In this document: positions 9,723 to 18,503 of the stretch, one piece after another
Layout: each line of letters opens with the position of its first letter
How positions within the stretch are numbered: position 1 is the stretch's first letter
Source: Candidatus Micrarchaeia archaeon
GTDB taxonomy: Archaea; Micrarchaeota; Micrarchaeia; Micrarchaeales; Micrarchaeaceae
NCBI GenBank assembly: GCA_049964795.1
Contig: JBMFWY010000010.1
Coordinates: 1 to 34,931, forward strand
Direction: 5' to 3'
Length of the DNA stretch: 34,931 nucleotides
The notes under the pieces: generated by a model
What the model was told of the DNA's origin: nothing
Database searches by the model: none
The model's input: only the letters and a program-made list of their open reading frames with translations
Position numbers and translations under genes: made by a program

Positions 9723-10112
9723 AAGTATCTCCGGAACTTTGCCTGTGCATGCGTTTTAAAATACCTCGCAAAAGAAAGTTGAAGCGCCGAATATTTGCAG
9801 CAAGCAGATGATATAGGTTAATAAAAGAATTTATAACCTAAGCATGTCTAGAAGCAGAGTAAAATAACAAATTGCAACACTGTCGCAGCTAAGAAAAATC
9901 AAAAACAGAAAACGCAACATTGCAGATATTTATATTCAGGTTAATCCCGGCAAATAATTATACCTGCTGTATTGTCCAATTCTGCAACTTAAACGACGCC
10001 TTCGGTCCCCCTCTATCATCCCTAAATTCAGCGTTTCTTTGTTTATGGGATTTCTACTGAGCCTAAAACGCCGCGATCCTGAAGGACCGCTGCGTATCTA
10101 CCAGCCGGCTTT

Positions 10113-10553
10113 TTACTTCGTAGACTTTGCGCTGTTGTCCTTGCCCTCCTGTATCTTTGTAGTGCTTATCACAAGCGGCGGTATCAAGCCTAGAGAGTAC
10201 GCTACAAGCGTGCCCGTGGCGCTGCACCTGAAGTTGAGGCCATTTATTATCTCTTCCGCAAGCTGCACTGGAAGCGAGTTCGTCTCCGTCCATTTCTTAA
10301 GTATGGCGCTTATCGATTCTTTTGATTCTTTTACATCAATCTCTCCAGAAAGCTTTATATGGCCAATGCTTTTTGCCTCTTTCTCCGTGTTATCCAAATA
10401 GTCTGCATAAAAGGAATATTCTACCTTCAGCAGGTCGTTGTTTTGGGAAACCCTCTCTATGTTTATGTTCAGCTTTGGAAACATCTGCTTCACAAGGGAC
10501 TCCTGCGAATCAATAGCTCCTTCTACCTTGGTTATGGTAAATCCTGTTATCAT
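10113..10553 (-). CDS. Conserved archaeal hypothetical protein (possibly SecB-like fold)
   Basis: Clean 146-aa ORF with ATG and upstream GAGTGG; beta-rich N-half, helical C-half ending LGLIPP. The fold assignment is inference only. Confidence 0.75.
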   Translation of the reverse strand: MITGFTITKVEGAIDSQESLVKQMFPKLNINIERVSQNNDLLKVEYSFYADYLDNTEKEAKSIGHIKLSGEIDVKESKESISAILKKWTETNSLPVQLAEEIINGLNFRCSATGTLVAYSLGLIPPLVISTTKIQEGKDNSAKSTK

Positions 10554-10621
10554 AAAACCACTCTTCTTAATATATGCTGAAAAGTATTTATAATGATACT
10601 TTTACCTGTTTTGCCTATCAC

Positions 10622-11305
10622 TTATCTTACGCTCTTTTTCAGCTCCTTGATGCTCCTGAACATGTAGTCAGGTCTTAAAGATGAAAGATGCTCAAAACTG
10701 TCAAATCCCCCCGCCACCGCACAGGATTTGACCCCTGCATACTTTGCAAAGAGTATATCATCTGACATGTCTCCTATGTATATAGACCTGTCTTTTTCCA
10801 CATTGAAAGTTTTTAGGATAAGCTTCATTCCAAGCGGGTCAGGCTTCAGCCTGCCTATCGCTCCTAGGCTGAGTATCACTTCAAAATAATCGAGTACCCC
10901 TAACTCTGTTACCTCTCTGTATACTCTGTAAAGCACTCCGTCTGTAATAAGAATAATTGTTTTGTTTTCTCTGGCAAGTTTTGAGAGCAGCTCGCTAGCG
11001 CCTTCCCTGAGACGAGGCTTTAGTAAAAGAAGCAAAAGCTCAGAGGTCCTTACCTCAAAACGGTTCCTAGTTTGCTTTATGTCGTTGTAAATGCCTTTCC
11101 TGTAAATATATTTTTCAGTCTCTCTTTTTCTACCTTCTTTCTCCTTTGATAAGGCAAGTTTTCTCGCCCTAAATTTTTTAATTATCCAAATTGGGTTGAG
11201 CCTTTTGTTCAGTCTCCTTAGTAAAGGCTCTACGGCAAGAGTTCCATCCCAATCGAAGACGAACAGGTCAAAATCTTTAAGCTTTAAGGTATTCTTGCTT
11301 TCCAT
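10622..11305 (-). CDS. HAD-superfamily hydrolase (phosphoglycolate phosphatase-like)
   Basis: Motif I FDWDGT, motif II LIT, KPDP, motif IV YIGDMSDD; start placed at ATG 11305. Confidence 0.9.
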   Translation of the reverse strand: MESKNTLKLKDFDLFVFDWDGTLAVEPLLRRLNKRLNPIWIIKKFRARKLALSKEKEGRKRETEKYIYRKGIYNDIKQTRNRFEVRTSELLLLLLKPRLREGASELLSKLARENKTIILITDGVLYRVYREVTELGVLDYFEVILSLGAIGRLKPDPLGMKLILKTFNVEKDRSIYIGDMSDDILFAKYAGVKSCAVAGGFDSFEHLSSLRPDYMFRSIKELKKSVR

Positions 11306-11318
11306 GCGCCAAACCAAT

Positions 11319-14222
11319 TCAATTCCATATTATCTCTATTGCGGGCTTATACGGCATCGCCCTCGCGGCGCGCGGCGATTTGGACGTGCCCTCTTCTTCT
11401 ATCTCAACTCCAACGCCTGTTTCGCCGCTTATGAACTCCTTGGCTTCTTCCAGCGCTTTTTCTAGCTCCCCTTCATCTATCTCCGCCGATTCTACAAGCA
11501 TCCTGACAGCTTTAGCAAACTGTGCAACAAACTTTGACAATTTCTCCTTGTCTATTCCAGCAAGAGAGCTGTCGTTTATTGTTTTGCTTATGTCCTTTTC
11601 CTTAGAAAGTATCGCATATGCTTTTGCCTTCCACTGCTCTGCAACTATCACCTTTGCCTTTGAGGCCTTTTTGCCAATGTACAGGTCCATCTTAGAGCTC
11701 AACTCAACGCTTTTCTTTATATCCTCTATCGTGCCCTTTATTATCTCTTCTATTGCCTCTTCTTTGTCGCTTATCATGCCCAAATCTGCTTCTGGCCATT
11801 TCTCTTTTACAATAAGGGTGCTGTTACCCATCATATGCCATAGTTCTTCGGCGAAATGTGGCATTACAGGTGCAATCATCTTTGCTATCTTTTCCATAAA
11901 ATCCTTGACTACTATGCCATTTTTTCCGCCCCTTCTCTTATACCATTGCAGTTCTGATACCGAATCGTAGAATATGCGTGTAAATGCGTTTCTTACCCCA
12001 ATATTCTCAAGGTAAGCCGTTGCCTCTTTTACCTTTCTGTTCAGCTTCGAATATAGCCAATAATCAATATGCGACAGTTCTCCGCTTTCCATCGCATTTA
12101 CCTCTCCAGCAATGTTGTACAAATATTCATTCCTTTCATATACTCCTTCCAATGCCGAGACACTGAATTCTATATCTGTATCTAGATCCGCTCCCGTAAC
12201 TTCAACGAACCTTAGAGGGTCTACACCATATTTCTCCGCGCCTGCGATCAGAGGTACTATGTTGCCCATGCTTTTGCTCATCTTTTGCCCTCCATAATTC
12301 ACAAGCCCGTTTATGACTATGGTTTTTGGCCAAAACCTTTCTGGCAAAAGTGCAACATGATTAAATATATACATTGTAAGGTGATTTGGCACCAGATCAG
12401 GGGCGGAATGCCTTCTTGTGTCTGTATACCAGTAGTCCACGCTGTCCTTGCACTTTTTGATTACTTCCTCGCTTATTCCTGTGTCCTTTGCAACCGCCGC
12501 TATATCTCTGTTGTATTCAAAAAGGTAATCGAAGAAACTTGGCTTGAGGTTTTCAGGAGGAATATTGTTTGCGGCAAGTATGTGGTCGAAAGTGTAGAAC
12601 ACCATATATATCGTTGAGTCGGAAAGCGACTCTATTATGTGCGACGGATTGAAAGGAAAAGGAGTCCCTAGCCCCTGTGCCCTTTCCGCAGCCCTGACGT
12701 CTATCCAGTCTACAAGTCCCTTGAAGGTTTCGGTCAGCTTTTGTGGATAAATTTTCATGCTGCCCAAATGGTTCCTTACTGCTTCTTTCCACTCCTTGTT
12801 GCCATAGTCTATAAACCACTGGTCGTCCACTACTTTTACTATAACCTTTGTGCCGCACCTGCAGTATACGGGCTCCTCATTTGTAAGTAAGTATATGTTG
12901 ATCGCCTGCCCGTTTGAAAGCATATCCTTCTTTATCTTTTCCCTTGCCTCTTGCTCCTTTAGTCCTCTGTAAGGACCAACGGCCATAATCCCCCAATGTG
13001 CTTCCTCCTTGTATATAATCTTGGTTGCTTCTTCAAGTATGTCCTCTTCCGCGTCCGCATCTGCATCAATCAGGTTTAGATATGTAAGTGCAGGTATGCT
13101 TTTATCCATGTCATTTGCAGGGCCTAGTTTTTGGCCTTCTATTCCTGCATCTTCTGCAAGTGAACGGCCCATAGTCTTACCCTCCTTGGAAGGCTCTATA
13201 TCTATTATTTTCCTGTATGAAATATCTCCAACGGGATAGCCCTCTTTCTTCAACCTCTCTATTGCAGCATAATCAAAAGGAGCATGTGAAGGAACACTCA
13301 TTACTATGCCTGTACCAAAATCGCTCTTAACGAAAAAACCTGGGAAAACAGGAATAGCATTTCCGTTTATGGGCTCTATCGCTTTTTTCTTGAGCAGCTC
13401 ATCGGCAGTTATGGCGCGCTCTATTTCGATTTTTTTCTGGTTTGAAAGCGCAACCGCAGCATCTTTTGAAAGATAATACTCCTCTCCATTTATTTTTGCA
13501 ATTACATACTCGGCATCTTTGTTTATAAACAGGTTAGTCACAGCATATATTGTTTCTGGCCTATATGTTGCACACAGAAAATATATGCCTGATTCTGCAT
13601 CCTTGAATTTTATTGCAATATTCTCCTCTATCCTAGGTTGCACATCATGCTTTGTATCATGCTGTCCAACGACATTGTTCTCGTTTGTGCACCAGCCTAC
13701 CGGATGTTCGCCTTGCACTATCAAGCCCTTATCCTTCAACTTTAGGAACTGCCATTCTACCATCTTGCTGAATCGGGGCTGTATCGTGTCGAATTTCCTC
13801 CTCCAGTCTATGCTGTAGCCTGCCCTCCTCATTCCTTTTTCCATCAATTCGGTGAAGAAATTTGCTATAAACATTGGGTCAGTCATTTTCTGTATGTCGC
13901 TGTCGCTTATGTCATAAGCCTTTAACTCATCAATAAGGTCCTTGTCATTGTTGCGGATCCTTTTTGCTATGGCAAGTATCGGTGTGCCTGTCTTGTGGAA
14001 GCCCATCGGAAAAAGCGCATTGTATCCTCTCATCCTGAGAAATCTTGCTTCCATATCTGCGGTTGAATAAGTGCGCAGGTGCCCTATGTGCTGCGGCATA
14101 TTTACATAAGGGAGCGCGGCGGTTACAAGCACGCCCTTTCTCTCATCCGGGTCAAACTCGTATACCTTTTCCTCTTCCCATATCTTTTGCCATTTATTTT
14201 CTATGCCGTTGTAATCTATCAT
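11319..14222 (-). CDS. leuS: Leucine--tRNA ligase (archaeal type)
   Basis: PYVN..HIGH, KMSKS, CP1 editing motifs ATYRPET and GTGIVMSVPSHAPFDY, ESLSDSTIY, C-terminal AMPYKPAI. Start set at ATG 14222 (MIDY). Confidence 0.96.
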   Translation of the reverse strand: MIDYNGIENKWQKIWEEEKVYEFDPDERKGVLVTAALPYVNMPQHIGHLRTYSTADMEARFLRMRGYNALFPMGFHKTGTPILAIAKRIRNNDKDLIDELKAYDISDSDIQKMTDPMFIANFFTELMEKGMRRAGYSIDWRRKFDTIQPRFSKMVEWQFLKLKDKGLIVQGEHPVGWCTNENNVVGQHDTKHDVQPRIEENIAIKFKDAESGIYFLCATYRPETIYAVTNLFINKDAEYVIAKINGEEYYLSKDAAVALSNQKKIEIERAITADELLKKKAIEPINGNAIPVFPGFFVKSDFGTGIVMSVPSHAPFDYAAIERLKKEGYPVGDISYRKIIDIEPSKEGKTMGRSLAEDAGIEGQKLGPANDMDKSIPALTYLNLIDADADAEEDILEEATKIIYKEEAHWGIMAVGPYRGLKEQEAREKIKKDMLSNGQAINIYLLTNEEPVYCRCGTKVIVKVVDDQWFIDYGNKEWKEAVRNHLGSMKIYPQKLTETFKGLVDWIDVRAAERAQGLGTPFPFNPSHIIESLSDSTIYMVFYTFDHILAANNIPPENLKPSFFDYLFEYNRDIAAVAKDTGISEEVIKKCKDSVDYWYTDTRRHSAPDLVPNHLTMYIFNHVALLPERFWPKTIVINGLVNYGGQKMSKSMGNIVPLIAGAEKYGVDPLRFVEVTGADLDTDIEFSVSALEGVYERNEYLYNIAGEVNAMESGELSHIDYWLYSKLNRKVKEATAYLENIGVRNAFTRIFYDSVSELQWYKRRGGKNGIVVKDFMEKIAKMIAPVMPHFAEELWHMMGNSTLIVKEKWPEADLGMISDKEEAIEEIIKGTIEDIKKSVELSSKMDLYIGKKASKAKVIVAEQWKAKAYAILSKEKDISKTINDSSLAGIDKEKLSKFVAQFAKAVRMLVESAEIDEGELEKALEEAKEFISGETGVGVEIEEEGTSKSPRAARAMPYKPAIEIIWN

Positions 14223-14439
14223 TAAACCACTTCCGCGGTCGCGCTCTGCATTTGCAGGTACAGGAAATGCATTTTTTCTTATGAATCGCACAAGCTCAAA
14301 TTTCGTACCAGGTCGAATTTGCATTATACTTCAATTTCTTTTATCTTTCATGCCCGGCTGCTAAATTAATTGCCTAAAAACCTATAATAATCTTACCTGC
14401 AATATAAAAAGCGATTTGTGGCGAGGTGATAGAGTGGAG

Positions 14440-15009
14440 ATGAAAGCAGAGCAATTGAAGAGTATAATAAAACCGGAAAATACCGCTCTTGTAGTATGGG
14501 ATGTGCAAAACATGCTTGTTGAAAGAATTTTCGATAAGCAGGAATTTGCGGAAAGGCTTGGAAGCTTGATAAACGCTGCAAGAAAGGCAAAGCTGCCTGT
14601 ATTCTTTACAAAAATAACTCCTTTACCTGATAGGTTCGAGTCCGCAGCTAGGAAGCTCGCTTTTCGCGGAGGGTTTTCTAAAGCGATGAAAGAGGATTTT
14701 GAGCTTTACTTCAAGCCCGAGGAAGGCGACACTGTATTAAACAAACACACTGCCAGCATCTTTATAGGCACTCCTTTTGACTTGATGCTGAACAACGCAG
14801 GGATAAAAAATATAGTGTTTGCAGGGATAGCAACGGAGATAGGCATCGAGTCAAGTGCAAGAGATGCATTGAACAGAGGCTATCTGCCTATAATAGCAAA
14901 AGGCTGCGTCTCTTCTTCTGACAAGGCTTCGCACGAGCGCTCGCTGCTCAACATGGACAAGCTTATGGCTATTGCAAGCTCGGAAGAAATAGAAAAAGCG
15001 CTTCAGTAA
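14440..15009 (+). CDS. Isochorismatase-family protein (YecD-like, catalytic Cys absent)
   Basis: TALVVWDVQN, K..ASIF.GT, GIATEIGIESSARDA; GAGGTGA at 14422-14428. Confidence 0.88.
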   Translation: MKAEQLKSIIKPENTALVVWDVQNMLVERIFDKQEFAERLGSLINAARKAKLPVFFTKITPLPDRFESAARKLAFRGGFSKAMKEDFELYFKPEEGDTVLNKHTASIFIGTPFDLMLNNAGIKNIVFAGIATEIGIESSARDALNRGYLPIIAKGCVSSSDKASHERSLLNMDKLMAIASSEEIEKALQ

Positions 15010-15047
15010 GCCATAAACCGGAGCTTTAGCTTGCGCAATGGTCTTGA

Positions 15048-16391
15048 ATGCTTGATGGCATGTCCGAAAACAGCAGAAATAGCATAAGCGTACCAGTCGC
15101 TACAGCGATAGGGCTAGGCGCTATAATAGGCGCTGGCATATTCGTCTTGAGCGGAACTGCGATAGCGCTTGCAGGGAGCTATGCAATCCTCGCGTTTCTG
15201 CTTGTAGGTATAGTTGCTCTGTTCGTTGCGCTCGAAATGGGTGCGCTCGGCAAAGTCATGCCGCATGCAAAGGGTGCATCCTATTCCTTTGTATACAATG
15301 CTTTCGGAAGCGAACTCGGTTTTATTACTGGAATAACAATGTATTTCAGCTTTGCGACTTCCATCTCTGCTATAAGTTTAGGATTTGGCTCATACCTGTC
15401 AAGCATGCTGGGGTTTAGCGTTCAGGCATATTCGATACCTTTTGCAATAGTGCTGATCTTTGTGCTTTCTCTGCTAAACATAATTGGCATAAGGAAAGCG
15501 GCAAAATCAGATTCAATGCTTGTAATGGTAAAGCTCTCTATACTCGCCCTCTTTGTGGTATTTGGGATCGCGTTTGCGCTTTCACATGGCGGGGTCTCGT
15601 TTATGCTGCAACATTTCGCTTCGACTCCAAAGCAGTCTAGTATAAGCGCGATATTTGCCGCAAGCGTTGCAATATTTTTTGCTTACTCCGGCTTCCAATC
15701 CATCTCGACAATAACAGACAAGGTCAAGGGCGGTGCGAAAGGGGCAGCGAAATCTATAATGTATGCTGTCGCAATAAGCCTTGTTGTTTATGTGCTTGTG
15801 GTAATAGCATTGATAGCGCTCGCTCCAGTAAGCTCCTATTCTATATCTGCAGATCCACTGTCAACAGCCCTCAAATATTCAAGCGCCCCCTCATGGCTCT
15901 TCATTCTTGTAGATCTTGGCGCGCTCGTCGCAACTGCTTCTGCCACAATTGCGATGATATTGAGCTCCTCCCGTCTTTTCTACCAAATAGGCGAAGACAA
16001 GCTCCTGCCCAAATTTTCTAAGCGCTACAATCCAAAGAGCGATGTTGCAACGAATGGCGTTATAATATCCTCACTCATAGGTATACTCATGCTATTTTCT
16101 GGCAATATCTATGTTATAGCCGCAATAAGCAACTTTGGGCTTCTTTTTGCCTACTTGCTTACAAGCTTCGCCGCTATACACTACAAGAGGCAGCTGCGCG
16201 AAAGCTTCGAGCTTCCTGCCTATCCATATATACCTATAATCGCAGTAATTGCCCTTATAATATTCCTTGTAGGAATGCCCCGCGAGGCTCTCGTAATAGG
16301 TTCCGCAATGATAATGTCGCTTCTTGCAATCTATTATTTCCTAAGGGAGCTCAAGGGCAAGAAAGTGGTAAAGGTAAAGCTTTTTGAATAA
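15048..16391 (+). CDS. APC-superfamily amino acid permease
   Basis: GAIIGAGIF in TM1, FFAYSGF in TM6, SRLFYQIGEDKLLP, about 12 TM segments. Confidence 0.92.
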   Translation: MLDGMSENSRNSISVPVATAIGLGAIIGAGIFVLSGTAIALAGSYAILAFLLVGIVALFVALEMGALGKVMPHAKGASYSFVYNAFGSELGFITGITMYFSFATSISAISLGFGSYLSSMLGFSVQAYSIPFAIVLIFVLSLLNIIGIRKAAKSDSMLVMVKLSILALFVVFGIAFALSHGGVSFMLQHFASTPKQSSISAIFAASVAIFFAYSGFQSISTITDKVKGGAKGAAKSIMYAVAISLVVYVLVVIALIALAPVSSYSISADPLSTALKYSSAPSWLFILVDLGALVATASATIAMILSSSRLFYQIGEDKLLPKFSKRYNPKSDVATNGVIISSLIGILMLFSGNIYVIAAISNFGLLFAYLLTSFAAIHYKRQLRESFELPAYPYIPIIAVIALIIFLVGMPREALVIGSAMIMSLLAIYYFLRELKGKKVVKVKLFE

Positions 16392-16419
16392 GCCGAACAA
16401 ATGCTTCACAGGTGCTGCA

Positions 16420-17589
16420 ATGATGATAGGAATAATAGGCGCTCCTAACAAAGGCAAGAGCACGCTATTCTCAGCGCTCACCATGCACGAAGTGCCTATA
16501 GCAAACAGGCCTTTTACTACAATAAATCCAAATTTTGCAGTGTCCTATGTGACAGCGGATTGCCCGGAAACGAAGCTTAACGTAAAATGCAATCCTAAAA
16601 ACTCGATGTGCATAGAAGGAGTACGTTATATCCCTATAAACATAGTGGATGTTGCCGGCCTTGTCGAAGGCGCCCATGAAGGGAGAGGCATGGGCAACAA
16701 GTTCCTCAACGATCTTTCCACCGCAGATGCTTTCATACTTGTAGTAGATGGAAGCGGCAAAACCGATGCCGAGGGCAATTTCTGCGAATCGTGCAATCCT
16801 GAAGAAGATGTGCGTATGGTTAAGCGGGAGCTCGCCGAGTGGGTAAGCAGCATAATATCAAAGCATCTCAACACGATATCAAAGAGGCAAGACGGCGCCG
16901 AAGCCCTTGCCGAAGCATTAACAGGTTTAAAGATTAAAAAGCAGGACATAGAGGAGGCATTGGAAAGGAGCAGCCTCTCATCGAGCTTCATAAACTGGGG
17001 CCATGGTGACTTGCTCCTGTTTTCCGGCAAGCTTCTTGAAATTTCTAAGCCCATGCTTGTCGCTTTCAACAAGTTTGATACGAAAGAAGCACAGGAGAAT
17101 TTCGCCAAAGCGCATTTTGATGAGCCTGTGGTTCCTTGCTCTGCCGAAATAGAGCTAGCCGCAAAGAAGGCAGAAAAGCAAGGCGTTGTAAGGTACTCAC
17201 CCTCGCAGGGAAAGCTCGAAATCGTTTCCGAAAAAATAAGCGAGGAGCAGCGCAAGGCTTTGGAATATATTTCTTCGTTCATAAAAGAGCACGGGACAAA
17301 GGTGCAGGAGCTGCTAAACAGCGTAGTATTTGGGCTTTTGAAAAGCATAGTTGTTTATCCTGTCGAGGATGAAAACAAGTATTCAGACCATTTTGGCAAC
17401 GTGCTGCCTGATGCCGTGCTAATGAAAAGAGGCTCAACGGCAAAAGATCTCGCTTATGAGATACATACCGATATAGGAAAAGGAATGCTTTACGCAGTTG
17501 ATGCAATAACCAAGAAACGGCTCGGCAAGGATTACGTGCTCAAGGATGGAGACGTGATAAAAATTGTAAGCTCCTCAAAGCCGAAATAG
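16420..17589 (+). CDS. ychF: YchF/Obg-like ATPase with C-terminal TGS domain
   Basis: GAPNKGKST, PFTTINPN, DVAGLV.GA..G.GMGNKFL, NKFD, IHTDIG, LKDGDVIKI; GGTG 5 nt before ATG 16420. Confidence 0.93.
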   Translation: MMIGIIGAPNKGKSTLFSALTMHEVPIANRPFTTINPNFAVSYVTADCPETKLNVKCNPKNSMCIEGVRYIPINIVDVAGLVEGAHEGRGMGNKFLNDLSTADAFILVVDGSGKTDAEGNFCESCNPEEDVRMVKRELAEWVSSIISKHLNTISKRQDGAEALAEALTGLKIKKQDIEEALERSSLSSSFINWGHGDLLLFSGKLLEISKPMLVAFNKFDTKEAQENFAKAHFDEPVVPCSAEIELAAKKAEKQGVVRYSPSQGKLEIVSEKISEEQRKALEYISSFIKEHGTKVQELLNSVVFGLLKSIVVYPVEDENKYSDHFGNVLPDAVLMKRGSTAKDLAYEIHTDIGKGMLYAVDAITKKRLGKDYVLKDGDVIKIVSSSKPK

Positions 17590-17616
17590 CGGCGCGCCCT
17601 TCACAAGCGCTTCTCC

Positions 17617-18180
17617 TCAGGAAACATTGTGCCTCTCGGCAGAAAGGGCCGAAAGTATTGGGACTACTATAAGAAGTATTGCAATGGGCAATCCTACCAT
17701 GTAAGTCAGAAATCCCGAAAGCTGCAGATTTGGCAAAACAGCATTATCCGCATATTTTATTATCATGTAAAGAATTGCGATTATTATGAGATATATGAAC
17801 GAGGCATAGATCGCGTTTATAACCCCTACTCTTGCCGCAATGCTTGCTTTAGGTGCTGCAGCACCTACCTTTTCGCCTATATATGCAGCAACAATGAGCG
17901 CTATTATTATCGAGCCGGGTATGTAAAGTATCGCGCTGGAAACTCCCGCAAGTGCCTGGTTAAACTGCGTTACCCCATTGCTTGACAATATGGGCATTAC
18001 TGCTATCTTTATCAGCACACCTATCAAAATCATTATTATCCAGAAGATGAGCGCACCTGCTATCTCTATATCTCCCCTTCTGCTCTCCTGCTTTTGCTCC
18101 TCCTCTTTTGTGTCTTTGCTCCAATTCTCTCCGTAAACAGGAGCTCTTGTTTCCTCACTATTGCCCGCTATTAAATACAC
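17617..18180 (-). CDS. Four-TM membrane protein, unknown function (start uncertain: GTG 18180 or ATA 18171)
   Basis: Charged N-terminus then four hydrophobic helices; the upstream ATG/TTG lie immediately next to a TATA-like box. Confidence 0.75.
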   Translation of the reverse strand: MYLIAGNSEETRAPVYGENWSKDTKEEEQKQESRRGDIEIAGALIFWIIMILIGVLIKIAVMPILSSNGVTQFNQALAGVSSAILYIPGSIIIALIVAAYIGEKVGAAAPKASIAARVGVINAIYASFIYLIIIAILYMIIKYADNAVLPNLQLSGFLTYMVGLPIAILLIVVPILSALSAERHNVS

Positions 18181-18301
18181 CAGCGCTACGCACTTAATAC
18201 GCTTATGATACATTACCAACAATATTTATAATAGTTATTTGCAATAATTCCCTTTGGAGAAACAGAATAATCTCCCTGAACGAGTGCTCGAAAGTGCTTA
18301 A

Positions 18302-18460
18302 ATGGCAACAATACAATCCCCTCAGTCGCAGGCCGGAGTGATGAGTTTTTACGATGCGCCTACAAAAGGTCCCAAAATAAACCCCAAAGTCATAATAGCA
18401 GTAATAATAATTTTCGTTGTTGTGGTGCTGATACTAGACAGGATCCATTTCGGCGGCTGA
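18302..18460 (+). CDS. secG: Preprotein translocase subunit Sec61beta/SecG
   Basis: Hand translation MATIQSPQSQAGVMSFYDAPTKGPKINPKVIIAVIIIFVVVVLILDRIHFGG (52 aa) matches the AG(L/V)..(F/Y)..KI.P plus single TM pattern of Sec61beta. Too short for the ORF track. Confidence 0.9.
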   Translation: MATIQSPQSQAGVMSFYDAPTKGPKINPKVIIAVIIIFVVVVLILDRIHFGG

Positions 18461-18503
18461 AATTGCAGCAAATCCACGTTACTCTTGAGTGTAGAACCTC
18501 TAT

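Noticed and set aside
9910-9923. 13/14 match AAACGCAACATTGC to 25737-25750
   Set aside because: Opposite relative orientation to the shared motif, A-rich and isolated; treated as probable chance.
14223-14324. 34-aa N-terminal extension of LeuRS in the ORF track
   Set aside because: Homology starts at MIDY; the extension is probably 5' UTR or promoter read-through.
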